57,659 nt of DNA from a virus (IMGVR_UViG_3300043443_000537:1-57659), one strand, 5' to 3'. Positions 35,467 to 45,269 are shown, counted from the stretch's first letter. Numbers and translations are program-made. Notes: generated from the letters alone by a model not told the origin.

Positions 35467-35898
35467 TCAGTAGGCGATGGAGTAAAGCTCTTCGGCGCGA
35501 CGCTTCCAAGGAAGCCAACCTCCGATGCGCACGGCTAGATGCAAGACGTGCCTGCGCAGAAATGGAATCTTCAGCGCGGTCAACGCTTCCATGAAAACCG
35601 TGTCGGCCTGCGCGCGGGTAATGGGCGTTTCCCATGCGCCGTTCTCTTCCTTGGATAGATTCCAGTAAAGCCAGTCGTGGACGACTGCGGCGGCGCGATA
35701 TTCGCCATCGGGCGGATAAATGCTCCAAAAGATGCGCGGCACGGAGGCGTAGTCGGTATCGAACCCGGGCTCGACGCGGATAAGCCCGAGCGACGGCGAG
35801 CGAAACGTGAACGGCCGCTCCACGATAGCGACTCGGGCCCGCTCCGGATGCACGCGCAGGAGGAGCGGACGCGGGAAGAATTGCGGGTCGAGGTTCAT
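35467..35898 (-). CDS. DUF1353 family protein
   Basis: GFDTDYASVPR...AAVVHDWLY...RAQADTVF..A...AVRIGG; start ATG 35898. Confidence 0.88.
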   Translation of the reverse strand: MNLDPQFFPRPLLLRVHPERARVAIVERPFTFRSPSLGLIRVEPGFDTDYASVPRIFWSIYPPDGEYRAAAVVHDWLYWNLSKEENGAWETPITRAQADTVFMEALTALKIPFLRRHVLHLAVRIGGWLPWKRRAEELYSIAY

Positions 35899-35909
35899 CG
35901 GCGTGCAGG

Positions 35910-36149
35910 TCAGCGGGAGGTGATCCACTGCCAGGCAGCTGCCGCGATTGCGCCGATGCCGGCCGCGACGCCGCGCTGCCACCACCGCTCGTTCTCAAGC
36001 GTGCGAAGGCGGTCTTCGTGGCTTGCGATGGTGCCGATGATGCCGGTCATGCCGAGCGGCCCGCACAACGCGGCCTTGATCTCGCCCAGTTCCTTGCGGA
36101 TGGCTTCGAGTTCAGATTTCAGTTCTGACACTTCTTTGTCGTCACTCAT
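35910..36149 (-). CDS. Putative holin-like membrane protein
   Basis: Coiled coil HEDRLRTLE plus C-terminal hydrophobic helix. Confidence 0.6.
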   Translation of the reverse strand: MSDDKEVSELKSELEAIRKELGEIKAALCGPLGMTGIIGTIASHEDRLRTLENERWWQRGVAAGIGAIAAAAWQWITSR

Positions 36150-36164
36150 GGGGAGCGATTTTCT

Positions 36165-38024
36165 TTAAGAGCGGACCCACTCAGCGTAGGCGGCGGACGC
36201 CCATAAAAGCGAGCCGTCAGTATTAGGGTGAACGCCATCGCTGTTAATCAGCGTCGAAAGCGCCAAGCCGGAGCCAACGAAGGCCTCGTAGCCATTCACG
36301 CAACCGATGCCAACTTGACGGCACCACTGCACCATGTCGCGTGCGCGTTGATCTTGGCTCGTTTGGTTTCCGCGGGTGCGCGGGGAAATCTGCGGATTCT
36401 GAGTTGATCCGGCGAAGGTTGCATTCGGCATGGCAGCGGCGAATGCAGTCTTTGCAGTATCGAGCGCGGTCCGGTATGTCGCACCGACGCTATTCCCGTA
36501 GTTGTGCATCGAACTAAAGAGGACAAGCTCGGTTCGTTGGCTGAGGCAGATAGCGGCCGTGCGTGCGGTCGTTGCCGTGTGGTAGTCGAGAGTCTGGCCT
36601 GAGAGGCTGGCGTTGTAAAACCAAAGAGTCTGACCAACGTGCGTCTGGTAGGTCTCGTTACCAAGCGTCCACGTGGAGATTTCTTCCGGCAGCATCTGCA
36701 CGCCAGTGACGTGCGACGGGGAGCCGGCAAGCACGCGCACAGCGTGGACTTTTCCGACGAACATAAACGAGGCTCCGGTGCCGCCGAGCCACCAAGAATT
36801 GGACGCGCCGTTCGTGCGGATAAGGTTGCCTGTCGTCTTCGTGACAGTGCTGCCGAGTTGAGTCCATGTCGTTCCGTCGGTCGAGGTGTAAAACTTGAAA
36901 TCGCTTCCGCCTGCACCGTTGTCGCGGTCGTAAGTGAAGCCGACCCATAGCTTGGTCACGCCGTCAGTCACGCCCGAAAGCGAGACGGTGGAGGTTGCTG
37001 TTTGGTCGTCAGCGTTCGCGCCTGCGTTCGTGTTGTAGGTAACGCGCAGCGTTCCGTTCGTATTGAGGCCGAGCCAAAACACGTTGTTGTCGCCGGCATT
37101 TCCGAGGCGAAGCAAGATTTGAAGCGCGGCCGGCGTGTAGTCGGCTGCGGTGATTTGCACGGCTGCGCTAAAGTCTCCCGTGAGCGCAGCGGTGGCAGGT
37201 AACGAGCAGGCGCTAGATGCCAAGGCAGGCGCGGCTAGAAAGTCGATATAGGCAGGCGCTGTTCCGGCGGCGACTGTGGTCGGCGCGAGATAGCTCTGCG
37301 CGGCCATGTCCCAAACCTGCTGAACGATGTTGAGCGATGGGTTGGCGGCAGCGACTTTGAGCATGAACTGGTGTGCCCATTCCTCCGTCTCGTTGCCTGT
37401 CGAGTCCCCAGCAAGCAACCAGGCGGCCGAGCGTCCGCGCCGCAGAGCGGAGCGGAGATTCTGAAATGCTCCGTGGCCGTCAATCTCCTGCGCGCCAATC
37501 GCATTGCGCCACGCGGACGCATTGCCTGACACGTTGCTCGCGTCAGCGGCGGCAGCGCCAAGCGCAGAGCGCCCGGTCGCTGGCACTACGTTGGACAGGT
37601 TTACCAGCGCAACAGCCGCCGCGGTCACCGTGACCGCAACATTCGCGGCGTTGATGACATTCAGCGTCGCGGTCAGCGTGAGGTTCACGCCTACGCTGTC
37701 GGTCGACGGGAGCGGCTTGTAGGTCTCGGGGAACGCCGCGAAGGCGATGAGCGTGCCGTCGGTGTCAAAGACGCCCAGCTCGCGCATATACCATCCGCCT
37801 TGCGTGCTCGGCACAAGCGCGGTGAGCGTGAGCACGTTTCCCGACACGGTCTGATTGTTTATCGAGGCGCGGTAACGCTCCTGCCCGAGGGCCGAACTCG
37901 CGACGGTTAATGGCGTAGCAGACGAGCCGACGGCAATGTGCGTGAGGGTGACGGTCGAGCCGGCGGTGATGGCCGCCATGATTTTCGCCTGCCCGGCGGT
38001 GGTGAGCGAGAGGGTGTAGGACAT
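36165..38024 (-). CDS. Tail spike/fibre: baseplate-attachment domain plus SGNH hydrolase with inserted beta-sandwich domain
   Basis: N-terminal LTTAGQAKI...GGWYMRELGVFD; LAGDSTG block I; DGVHP block V. Confidence 0.78.
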   Translation of the reverse strand: MSYTLSLTTAGQAKIMAAITAGSTVTLTHIAVGSSATPLTVASSALGQERYRASINNQTVSGNVLTLTALVPSTQGGWYMRELGVFDTDGTLIAFAAFPETYKPLPSTDSVGVNLTLTATLNVINAANVAVTVTAAAVALVNLSNVVPATGRSALGAAAADASNVSGNASAWRNAIGAQEIDGHGAFQNLRSALRRGRSAAWLLAGDSTGNETEEWAHQFMLKVAAANPSLNIVQQVWDMAAQSYLAPTTVAAGTAPAYIDFLAAPALASSACSLPATAALTGDFSAAVQITAADYTPAALQILLRLGNAGDNNVFWLGLNTNGTLRVTYNTNAGANADDQTATSTVSLSGVTDGVTKLWVGFTYDRDNGAGGSDFKFYTSTDGTTWTQLGSTVTKTTGNLIRTNGASNSWWLGGTGASFMFVGKVHAVRVLAGSPSHVTGVQMLPEEISTWTLGNETYQTHVGQTLWFYNASLSGQTLDYHTATTARTAAICLSQRTELVLFSSMHNYGNSVGATYRTALDTAKTAFAAAMPNATFAGSTQNPQISPRTRGNQTSQDQRARDMVQWCRQVGIGCVNGYEAFVGSGLALSTLINSDGVHPNTDGSLLWASAAYAEWVRS

Positions 38025-38065
38025 CGGTGTATTGGCTGAGTGAATACTTCGCGGAGGTCAAGGCT

Positions 38066-39481
38066 TTACGCCGTGCGCTTCCAGAGGTAAGTCGTAATGT
38101 AGGGCTGCAAGTTGTTGTGACCCTGGCCGCTGCCCGTGCTGCCGGAAGTAAAGGCCGGAATGTCGACGGTGTGGGTATGGGCGCCGGCGGTGCCGGTTTC
38201 CGGGTTTGTGATGGTTGCCGCCGGAACGCGAGGATAAGCCGCAGCCTGAGCGTAAATGCTACTAACCGTAGTATCACCGCCTCCGCTTTGGCTTGTGCTG
38301 GTGTGCGAGTGATCGCCGTTGCTCGACGTATTCGTCGCCGGCGGGTCGATCTGGTGGGTATGCGCCGGCAGTTCGGCGGTAGTGAGTTGGTGGGTCTTTG
38401 CGCCGCCAATCTTCTCAATGGCGTTAAAATCGGAGTCAGCGGCATCGAAACCGACAATGGCGCGGCCTTCGCCGAAGCGGGTCCACGTGCCGAAGCCGAG
38501 CAGCGAGTTCGGGTTGCCGTTCTCGGTGGTGATGTAAAGGGAGCCGACGCGGTAGATGGCCTGCATGACGGCCTGCGCGATGCCGGAGATACCGTTGGCG
38601 GGCAGGCCCAGGTTGACGCGCGCCGCCTCCTGCGCGGGAGAGCCGGCGGCCTGTATCTCGCTGAACCGGTTCGCGGTGCGCAGGAAGTCGCCGGACGAGA
38701 GCGGTTCGTTCTGGACGACCGTAATGCGCGAGCCGTCCGGATAGGCCTCGTCGAGCGTGATCGTGTCGGCGTCGGTGGCGGCCCATTCGCTGGACTCCAA
38801 CCGCACGCCGTCAACGTAGACGACCGCGCCGTTGGTGGTCGCTACGGCGAGGTTCACGACGGTCTGCGAGGCGGCGAGAGTTTGGTTCTCCTCCACGACG
38901 TCGACGATGATGTTGATGCCGGAGACGGGGTCGAACCACTCGACGTCGCCCGCTGCGTTGGACGCCTTGCGGAGAATCTGCCCGGTGGTGCCGCCGGGGA
39001 TTTGAACGGCGAGCGAGAAGTTGTCCGACACCCACTGGCGCGAGGCCAGCACCACCGCGGGGTCGATGGTAAGTGTGAGCGCGTCAGCCTCCGCAACCTC
39101 GATGATGATGCGGACGATAAGGTCGCGCGTGCTGCCCTCGTTGATGACGGGCTTGTAGGTGTCCGGGAAGTTGGCGACAACGATAAGGGCGCCCGAGTTG
39201 TCAAACACGCCAACCTCGCGGACGGTCCACCCGCCAACGCTCGACGGGATGACGAGCTCGGCAATGACGTAGTTCGGGTTGCTGGGGTCGACGGTCAGCG
39301 TATTGAGCTGCGCGCGGTAGCGCTCGCGCACGAGCGCGGTCATACCGGCCGTGGGCGTGACGGCGTTGCCGTTGCCGTCGCCGACCGCCATCTCAAAGAG
39401 ATTGACGGTGGAATTATTCGCGATGGCCGTGGCGATCTTTGCCTGGCCGAGGGTGGTGACGATGGATTTGTAAGTCGCCAT
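38066..39481 (-). CDS. Tail fibre protein (P2 gpH-like N-terminus)
   Basis: TTLGQAKIA...MAVGDGNG...GGWTVREVGVFD...IDPAVVLASR; C-terminal HxH repeats and HNNLQPYITTYLWKRTA. Confidence 0.9.
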   Translation of the reverse strand: MATYKSIVTTLGQAKIATAIANNSTVNLFEMAVGDGNGNAVTPTAGMTALVRERYRAQLNTLTVDPSNPNYVIAELVIPSSVGGWTVREVGVFDNSGALIVVANFPDTYKPVINEGSTRDLIVRIIIEVAEADALTLTIDPAVVLASRQWVSDNFSLAVQIPGGTTGQILRKASNAAGDVEWFDPVSGINIIVDVVEENQTLAASQTVVNLAVATTNGAVVYVDGVRLESSEWAATDADTITLDEAYPDGSRITVVQNEPLSSGDFLRTANRFSEIQAAGSPAQEAARVNLGLPANGISGIAQAVMQAIYRVGSLYITTENGNPNSLLGFGTWTRFGEGRAIVGFDAADSDFNAIEKIGGAKTHQLTTAELPAHTHQIDPPATNTSSNGDHSHTSTSQSGGGDTTVSSIYAQAAAYPRVPAATITNPETGTAGAHTHTVDIPAFTSGSTGSGQGHNNLQPYITTYLWKRTA

Positions 39482-39484
39482 GAT

Positions 39485-40507
39485 TTAGAGGGTGACCGTA
39501 AGGTCGTAGGTGATTGCGCCGGCGGCGTTCAGCTCGCCGAGAAATTGAGCGGTGTCGACAACGTCGGGAGACACGCGAGTGGTGTCAATCGTTTGCTCGG
39601 CCGAGAGGACACGCTGCGTGGCGATCTGCTCAAGCAGTTCGACGACGTCGGGCCACACCCGGGTAGTGTTGCCGTCGATACCCACCGAGCCGATGCGAGA
39701 CACGCCCCGAATCTGGCCAAGCGCATCGACGCCAAGCAGGTGCGAGCGCGCGTTCTTCGTGCGGAGGGCGATGCGCTCGGCCTCATTGTAGATGTCATCG
39801 CTGCCGCCGCTATCGCCGATGTCCACTTGCAGGCGGAACGTGTAGGGCGTGCCGGTGTTCTCGTTGACGAGCACCTCGTAGCCGAGAGCCTGCAACGCGC
39901 GGCGGACGGCGCCGATGGTGCCCTTGGTGCGGTGAACCTGCACGCTGGCCGCGATAGCGTCGCGCTTCTGCTGCTCGGTCCAGTTCGCGTCCCACTCGTC
40001 GACTGACATCGCCCACGCGAGCCAAGGCAGGATGCCGGCCGGGCAGGTCTGCGGATTCCACACCTGCTTGATCTGCATCGGCACGTCGCCGACGCGAGCG
40101 GTCGTCTTGGATAACGCGCGCTCCTGCGACGTCGAGTTGGGCGGAAGTAAATCGGGAGGGTCCGGCGGCGGTGCCGGCGGAACATATGCGGCGACCGTCG
40201 GAGCAGGGCTTGGAAAAACGGGAGTCCCCGATCCGGCCAGCAAGTAGTCTCCAAGCCAACTGTCAGCCGGCGAGATGTATGACCCGGTGCCGTTAATCAG
40301 GTCGGCAGGAACGATTTCCTCAATGACGTAACGCCACCCGACAATGGCACTTGGAGTAAATCCAAAGGAAATAAACTGCTTCGCCCAAATCCGGAAGTTG
40401 CCCTTGACCCATGTCGGCCTGTCATTGAATTGGAATGACTGGTCATAGACGCCGTTGACGTTGCCGTTACCGGCTCCGGTGACAATCAACTGTCCCGGCG
40501 TGCTCAT
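39485..40507 (-). CDS. P2 gpI-like baseplate protein with extra N-terminal domain
   Basis: LLPPNST...WNPQTCP..LPWLAWAMSVDEWD...HRTKGT; start ATG 40507. Confidence 0.85.
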   Translation of the reverse strand: MSTPGQLIVTGAGNGNVNGVYDQSFQFNDRPTWVKGNFRIWAKQFISFGFTPSAIVGWRYVIEEIVPADLINGTGSYISPADSWLGDYLLAGSGTPVFPSPAPTVAAYVPPAPPPDPPDLLPPNSTSQERALSKTTARVGDVPMQIKQVWNPQTCPAGILPWLAWAMSVDEWDANWTEQQKRDAIAASVQVHRTKGTIGAVRRALQALGYEVLVNENTGTPYTFRLQVDIGDSGGSDDIYNEAERIALRTKNARSHLLGVDALGQIRGVSRIGSVGIDGNTTRVWPDVVELLEQIATQRVLSAEQTIDTTRVSPDVVDTAQFLGELNAAGAITYDLTVTL

Positions 40508-41397
40508 TCCGCGACGCCTCCATTGGTGAGCGTGATGGCCGTGCAATGCGCGGCCTGCGCGGAGGTGCAAACGACATTTGCCGAGGGCGAGGCGAGAACG
40601 ACGCGCTGCACGCCGGGTTGATGGAGCGCCGCATAGACGGCGGAGAGCGTAATGTCGCGGCCGAGCTTTCGCGAGCTGGCGACGAACGTCTCGGCGGCGG
40701 CCTGCGCGGCGGCGATGACAGTCACGGGGTCCGGGCCCTCGTAGGTGTAGATCGTCGCGGTGATCGCGTAGTTGACGATGGTCGCAGCCTGCACGGTCAC
40801 CTGATCGGTCAAGGGGCGGACGTCCTCGGCGTTGAGCGCGACCTCGACGTCCGTTAGGTCCTGCGAGGTAGGCGTGCCATTGCCGGCGCGAGCGAGCACG
40901 GTGACCACGACCTCGCCGGGGTCGGGAGATTCCACGGACGCGTCGGCAATCGACGGGACGGTCAACGCGTGATAGATGTAGGCGCCGACCGGGCCTGCGG
41001 TGGAGAGGCCCTCAAGCGAGAGCTGCACGCGGCGGCGCAGGTCGGCATCGCTCTCAAGCGTGGGCGCGACGGGCGGGATGGCGTTGGCATCGCCGGGATC
41101 GATAGTGAGGCGCTGCACGCCGAACAGCGCGGCGAGTTGGTCAAGGTTGGTTCCGACCGCGTAGGCGAGCAACACCTGGCGGCAGGCGTCGTTGACGCGC
41201 TGGCGAAGCAAGACCTCGCGGTAGGCCGCGACCTCAAGGATCTTGTAGGCGGGATCGGACTCGACTAGCGCGGTGAACGCGGGGTCGCGCGCCTGCAAAT
41301 CGGCGACCATCGCGGCAAGGATGGTTTCGTAGTCGAGCGCCTCCACGATGGAGGGCGCGGGAACCTGCGAGAGGTCGATGGGGGTGAACGTGGCCAT
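40504..41397 (-). CDS. Baseplate protein J
   Basis: IDLSQVPAP..VEALDYE, ESDP, LRQRVND, STAGP, VRPLTD. Confidence 0.95.
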   Translation of the reverse strand: MATFTPIDLSQVPAPSIVEALDYETILAAMVADLQARDPAFTALVESDPAYKILEVAAYREVLLRQRVNDACRQVLLAYAVGTNLDQLAALFGVQRLTIDPGDANAIPPVAPTLESDADLRRRVQLSLEGLSTAGPVGAYIYHALTVPSIADASVESPDPGEVVVTVLARAGNGTPTSQDLTDVEVALNAEDVRPLTDQVTVQAATIVNYAITATIYTYEGPDPVTVIAAAQAAAETFVASSRKLGRDITLSAVYAALHQPGVQRVVLASPSANVVCTSAQAAHCTAITLTNGGVAE

Positions 41398-41402
41398 GAC
41401 GG

Positions 41403-41738
41403 TTATACGACCAACCCATCAAGGGTGATGGGCTCGCCAGAGTCAACGAGGGTGGCGGTCAGGGTGAGCGTCACCCGCCCGGCCTTGATCGCGTCGACCT
41501 GCACGCGCTCGACCGCAATGCGCGGCTCCCACGTGACGAGCGCGTCCACGGTCGCGGCGTAGATTTCGGCTAGCGTGCCGCGATTGACCGGTGCGTCGAC
41601 GAGTTGGAACAAGCGAGAACCGTAGTTGCGACGCATGACGCGGCTACCCAACGGGGTCGACAAGATGTCCCGAATGGATTGGCGGAGGTGGACGAGGCCG
41701 TCGATGGCCTTGCCTGTGGATGCGTTTACGCCGCGCAT
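41403..41738 (-). CDS. Baseplate wedge gpW/gp25 family
   Basis: HLRQSIRDILSTPLGSRVMRRNYGS...WEPRI. Confidence 0.95.
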   Translation of the reverse strand: MRGVNASTGKAIDGLVHLRQSIRDILSTPLGSRVMRRNYGSRLFQLVDAPVNRGTLAEIYAATVDALVTWEPRIAVERVQVDAIKAGRVTLTLTATLVDSGEPITLDGLVV

Positions 41739-41771
41739 TGCCCGGCGAGTATGGGAAGCCCCGCCGGGGGT

Positions 41772-41790
41772 GTCTTGTGCGGGGATTTCC
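41772..41790 (-). promoter_or_regulatory. Late promoter box upstream of baseplate W
   Basis: GGAAATCCCCGCACAAGAC-N18-CATACT. Confidence 0.82.
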
Positions 41791-41792
41791 CG

Positions 41793-42185
41793 CTACCCGA
41801 GGCTGACCGGCGTATCCAGCAGAGAGGTCAGCTTGGTGTATTTGTCGCCCAGCCCGGCGAGGTCCGGAGCCTGCACGACGATGAGGATGCCCGCCGAGTA
41901 GCCTGTGTTGGGCGGCGCCCCTACGGCGGAGATCGCGCGGTCTGCCCAACCGCCGGCACCGGGCGCCAGGTTCAATCGGTAGAAACCGGCCTGCGTCAGC
42001 GCAGAGGCGAGCGAAGTGGACTCGTTCTGCATAGACTCAAGCGCCGCGACCTTCGCGGACATCTGCGAGAGGACGCCGTTGTAGCGCGCGAACAGCGTGT
42101 CGGCCTGACCCTTAAGGCTGTTGATCGTGGCGCTCGGGCCGGGGAAGATGGAGCCGAGCGTGAGGGAGTTCCAAGTGTCGGACAT
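41793..42185 (-). CDS. Hypothetical protein in baseplate cluster
   Basis: 130-aa ORF between V and W. Confidence 0.7.
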   Translation of the reverse strand: MSDTWNSLTLGSIFPGPSATINSLKGQADTLFARYNGVLSQMSAKVAALESMQNESTSLASALTQAGFYRLNLAPGAGGWADRAISAVGAPPNTGYSAGILIVVQAPDLAGLGDKYTKLTSLLDTPVSLG

Positions 42186-42203
42186 GGTTTGAGGAGGTGA
42201 GGG

Positions 42204-42830
42204 TTAATTGGGAACGCCGGTGTTGCCGCCGCCCGGGTCGACGCCGCCGTGCGTGTGGTTGCGCAGGCTGACGCCGCCGGCGATGACATCGCTGGCGACA
42301 TTGACCGGGCCGGCCATGATCGCGCCAGCGCCGGAGGTGCCTGTGCCCTGCGTAAGGAAGCCGTTGATTGTGGTGTCGCCGTTGATGGTGGTCGTGCCAT
42401 TGATCGTGACCGCTGGTGCGGTGACGGTGACCGACGCCGAGGCGTTGACGACAACCTGCGCGAGGCCAGAGACGGTGAGGCGGTGCGCGGCGGTGTCGTA
42501 TTCGACGACTGCGCCGTCGCGGTAGGTGGTGCGGTGGATCGCGGGGTTTGTTGCCGGCGCGGGCTTCGCGTCTGTGTAGGCGCCCGGGAGAATCCAGCCG
42601 GCGGCCAACTCGCCGTCGGGGGAGAGCACAAGGACCTGCTCGCCCACGCTCGGCGCCCACCACGTGCGGTCTTCGCCTGCGCGCGTGGTCAGCCACGGCA
42701 GCGGCGCGGTGAGGAGCGGGCCGATCTGCACGCGCGCGCGGTAGCCCGACGCGTTCACCGATTGCACAGTGCCGACGCGGATGATGTTCGCCAGCCGGCG
42801 CGCGATTTCGTTGAGGGCGAAGTCGCTCAT
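42204..42830 (-). CDS. Baseplate spike protein V
   Basis: LANIIRVGTV...WWAPSVGEQV...DGAVVEYD...HTHGGV; start ATG 42830. Confidence 0.95.
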   Translation of the reverse strand: MSDFALNEIARRLANIIRVGTVQSVNASGYRARVQIGPLLTAPLPWLTTRAGEDRTWWAPSVGEQVLVLSPDGELAAGWILPGAYTDAKPAPATNPAIHRTTYRDGAVVEYDTAAHRLTVSGLAQVVVNASASVTVTAPAVTINGTTTINGDTTINGFLTQGTGTSGAGAIMAGPVNVASDVIAGGVSLRNHTHGGVDPGGGNTGVPN

Positions 42831-43534
42831 TACAGTGCGGCCTCGATAGTGACCTCGGCGTCGGCGACGAGCGCCCCGCCCGCAGAACCCGCGGTGCCGG
42901 AGCCTGCGCGCTGCGCGTCGGTCTCGGCGGCGTCGGGGACCATGCGGCGATAGCGCAGGACGTTCGGCGGGCCGGTGTCGGGATCGATACCCACCCACAC
43001 CTCCGTCGGCACGGCGCCGCTCGGATCCCACACGCTCACATCGATCAACGCGTCGTGCGTCCAGTCGATGCGCCAGGTCTCGTAGGCGTGCTGGACGCCG
43101 CTGCCCTGCCCGCCCGGGCCGGCGTTGAATTGGTCGGGGAAGGCGCCCGTCACCTGCGCGGAGGTAAACGTCGCGGTCTGCCCCCACCGGTTGCCACGGA
43201 TGCGCGAGAGCACGCGCGCCACGAGCGTCCGCACGGCGAGCTTGGCCTTGATGTCCGTGTCCTTGTAAGAGACGAGCACGTAGGCGGAGAACTCGAGCTG
43301 CGCGTTGAACTGCTCGGTGCCGATCTCGTCCGAGGGGTCGCCGGGCACGATGGCGGTCAGCTCAAAGAAAATCGCCGGGACGTTGATGCGCTCGCCCTGC
43401 CGCCCGTAGTAGTCGATGGTCGGGACCGCGCCGGCGCCGGTGGTCGGAAAGCCTGCGCGCAGGTCTGCCTTGATCGCCTCGTGAAGTGCGGCGAGGTCGA
43501 TGGCGGGGAGTGAAGGATAGGCGGGTTGGCTCAT
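42830..43534 (-). CDS. Tail completion/terminator protein
   Basis: Position between minor tail Z and V; LHEAIKADLR...PAIFFEL...WRIDW. Confidence 0.65.
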   Translation of the reverse strand: MSQPAYPSLPAIDLAALHEAIKADLRAGFPTTGAGAVPTIDYYGRQGERINVPAIFFELTAIVPGDPSDEIGTEQFNAQLEFSAYVLVSYKDTDIKAKLAVRTLVARVLSRIRGNRWGQTATFTSAQVTGAFPDQFNAGPGGQGSGVQHAYETWRIDWTHDALIDVSVWDPSGAVPTEVWVGIDPDTGPPNVLRYRRMVPDAAETDAQRAGSGTAGSAGGALVADAEVTIEAAL

Positions 43535-44094
43535 CGGAATCGTTTGGTGCCGCGACGTTTCGCGCGGGTCTGTCCAGAGACCGCGCCAAGGAGCTCGTCG
43601 CGCAGCTCCTCCTTAAAGATGCGTTCGATGACGGGTTCAATCCGATTCCGGATGACGTCCTCGCCCATGTCCTTGATGTCGTAATACTGCTTGTCGACCG
43701 GCAGCCGCTCGCGCCCGCGGCGCTTGAACACCGTCTTGCCGAACGAGCCGCCAGGCATGAAGCCGCCAGCGACCGTGACCGGGCCGGCGCGCACGCCGCC
43801 TGCGGTTTTCCGCGGACTCAACAGCGCGAGAGAGACCGGCGAGAGGCCAAACCAAATGCGGCCGTAGCCGTCCTTGTAGCGGTAGCGGAGAAACATGCGC
43901 CGGCGAATCGCCGAAACGCGGAGGCCCGAGACCTGCACGAACTCGCTGATCGTGTCGTCGCGAAGCCGGTCGGTGGTGGACCGCACGGCGCGGCGCACCG
44001 CCTCTTGGATCTCGCCCTTGAAGACCGTGAACTCTTGCCCGAGCGACTCGAAGTCCGAGGCGTCGAACTTCACGCGCAGCGGGGTGTCGCTCAT
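43531..44094 (-). CDS. Minor tail protein Z-like
   Basis: Basic protein; VFKRRGRERLP motif. Confidence 0.75.
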   Translation of the reverse strand: MSDTPLRVKFDASDFESLGQEFTVFKGEIQEAVRRAVRSTTDRLRDDTISEFVQVSGLRVSAIRRRMFLRYRYKDGYGRIWFGLSPVSLALLSPRKTAGGVRAGPVTVAGGFMPGGSFGKTVFKRRGRERLPVDKQYYDIKDMGEDVIRNRIEPVIERIFKEELRDELLGAVSGQTRAKRRGTKRFR

Positions 44095-44426
44095 GGCTCA
44101 AACGCGAGGGGAACGTAGGCGATGCCAGTGCCGTCGGGACGAACCTCGAGGACGCTGTAATTGCGGACCTGCCCGCCGACGGTGACCGCGACGAGGAGAC
44201 CGCGCTCGACGTTCGCGAGATCGGAGAGCTTCGCGGTGAGCATCGGCTGCCGTGTGTCCTGCACGACCTCGCCGACCTGCGTGTCAAGCCACGGGTCGTC
44301 AAAGATCGCCTGAATGGAACGGTCTGGCCCGGGCGTTTGCGCCTGCGAGAAACGCAACGTCACCGGCACGCTGAACGACAGCGGGCCGGTGTTGAAGAAC
44401 ACGTCGGTGGGCTCGACGAACGGCAT
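44091..44426 (-). CDS. Head-tail joining protein
   Basis: AIFDDP...QPML...YSVLEVRPDGTG. Confidence 0.75.
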   Translation of the reverse strand: MPFVEPTDVFFNTGPLSFSVPVTLRFSQAQTPGPDRSIQAIFDDPWLDTQVGEVVQDTRQPMLTAKLSDLANVERGLLVAVTVGGQVRNYSVLEVRPDGTGIAYVPLAFEP

Positions 44427-44531
44427 GGGTCAGCGCACCCACGGCGCCCATGCGGCAGGCAGCACGAGGCACTGCGAGCCGGCCGGGCCGCCGTAGCGGT
44501 GAAGGTTGACGACAAGCACGTAGTGCATGGC

Positions 44532-44954
44532 TTACTCGGCGGCGGGAGCGTCGCCGGCGGGGGCGGCCTTCGCGCGGCGCGTGCGCTTGGCGGGGGCCGG
44601 GGTGGAGGGAGCGGAGTCCGCGGGTGAGGCGGACTCTAATGCCGGTTGTGCAGGCTGCGCATCGGCGGAAGGCTGGGCGCCGCCGACGGTCTCGTCACTG
44701 TTCGCGCTCGGGATCGGCGCATCGCTTTGTGCGGTGACTTCATCGGCGGGCCCGGAAGCGGGAGCGGCGGGAGCCTGGGCGGGCTCGGCCTGCGCGACGA
44801 ACGGCACGGCGCGCTCTTGGAAAATCATGTCGCGACCGTCGCGCTTGCTGACCAAAACGACGGTGCCGGCGGCAATAAATTCGCCGCGAATATACATGCT
44901 GCGCAGGATCTTCACCTGCATGGATTCAGCGTTGGAAACGATGGAGGTAGCCAT
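44532..44954 (-). CDS. Hypothetical protein with low-complexity Ala/Pro tail
   Basis: Short N-terminal domain similar to the N-terminus of the 45339 protein. Confidence 0.65.
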   Translation of the reverse strand: MATSIVSNAESMQVKILRSMYIRGEFIAAGTVVLVSKRDGRDMIFQERAVPFVAQAEPAQAPAAPASGPADEVTAQSDAPIPSANSDETVGGAQPSADAQPAQPALESASPADSAPSTPAPAKRTRRAKAAPAGDAPAAE

Positions 44955-44963
44955 AGGTAGCGG

Positions 44964-45266
44964 TTATTTTATGAATCCTGAAATTTGCACCGTGGTGTCT
45001 GTTCCTGCGGTGTGAATGAACTTTGCTTGCTGCGCCTCCTCGCGACTCAGTTCAACGTAGTCGTGCGGGGTGACAAAATAGCCAAGTGTTTCGGTCGGCG
45101 TTGTGCCGTTTCGCGTGTATCGAAAATTGTGAGCCTCGGCCTGAATCAGCACCACTTCGGTTTTTGGATCAAGAGCAAAACCAAGTTGCGCGAGCGTCTT
45201 TGCCTCGCCGGTTATGGTCAGGACCGCGTGAAGCTGATCGGGATTGGGATGTGCGTCGAATCTCAC
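44964..45266 (-). CDS. Hypothetical protein
   Basis: 100-aa ORF (RYTRNGTTPT..LG), lower GC. Confidence 0.6.
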   Translation of the reverse strand: MRFDAHPNPDQLHAVLTITGEAKTLAQLGFALDPKTEVVLIQAEAHNFRYTRNGTTPTETLGYFVTPHDYVELSREEAQQAKFIHTAGTDTTVQISGFIK

Positions 45267-45269
45267 TAG

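Noticed and set aside
34335-39481. Diversity-generating retroelement or invertible tail-fibre switch
   Set aside because: No reverse transcriptase, invertase or TR/VR repeat pair seen; similar C-terminal collar motifs are diverged at DNA level
38027-40006. 659-aa plus-strand ORF
   Set aside because: Antisense to the tail fibre and gpI genes
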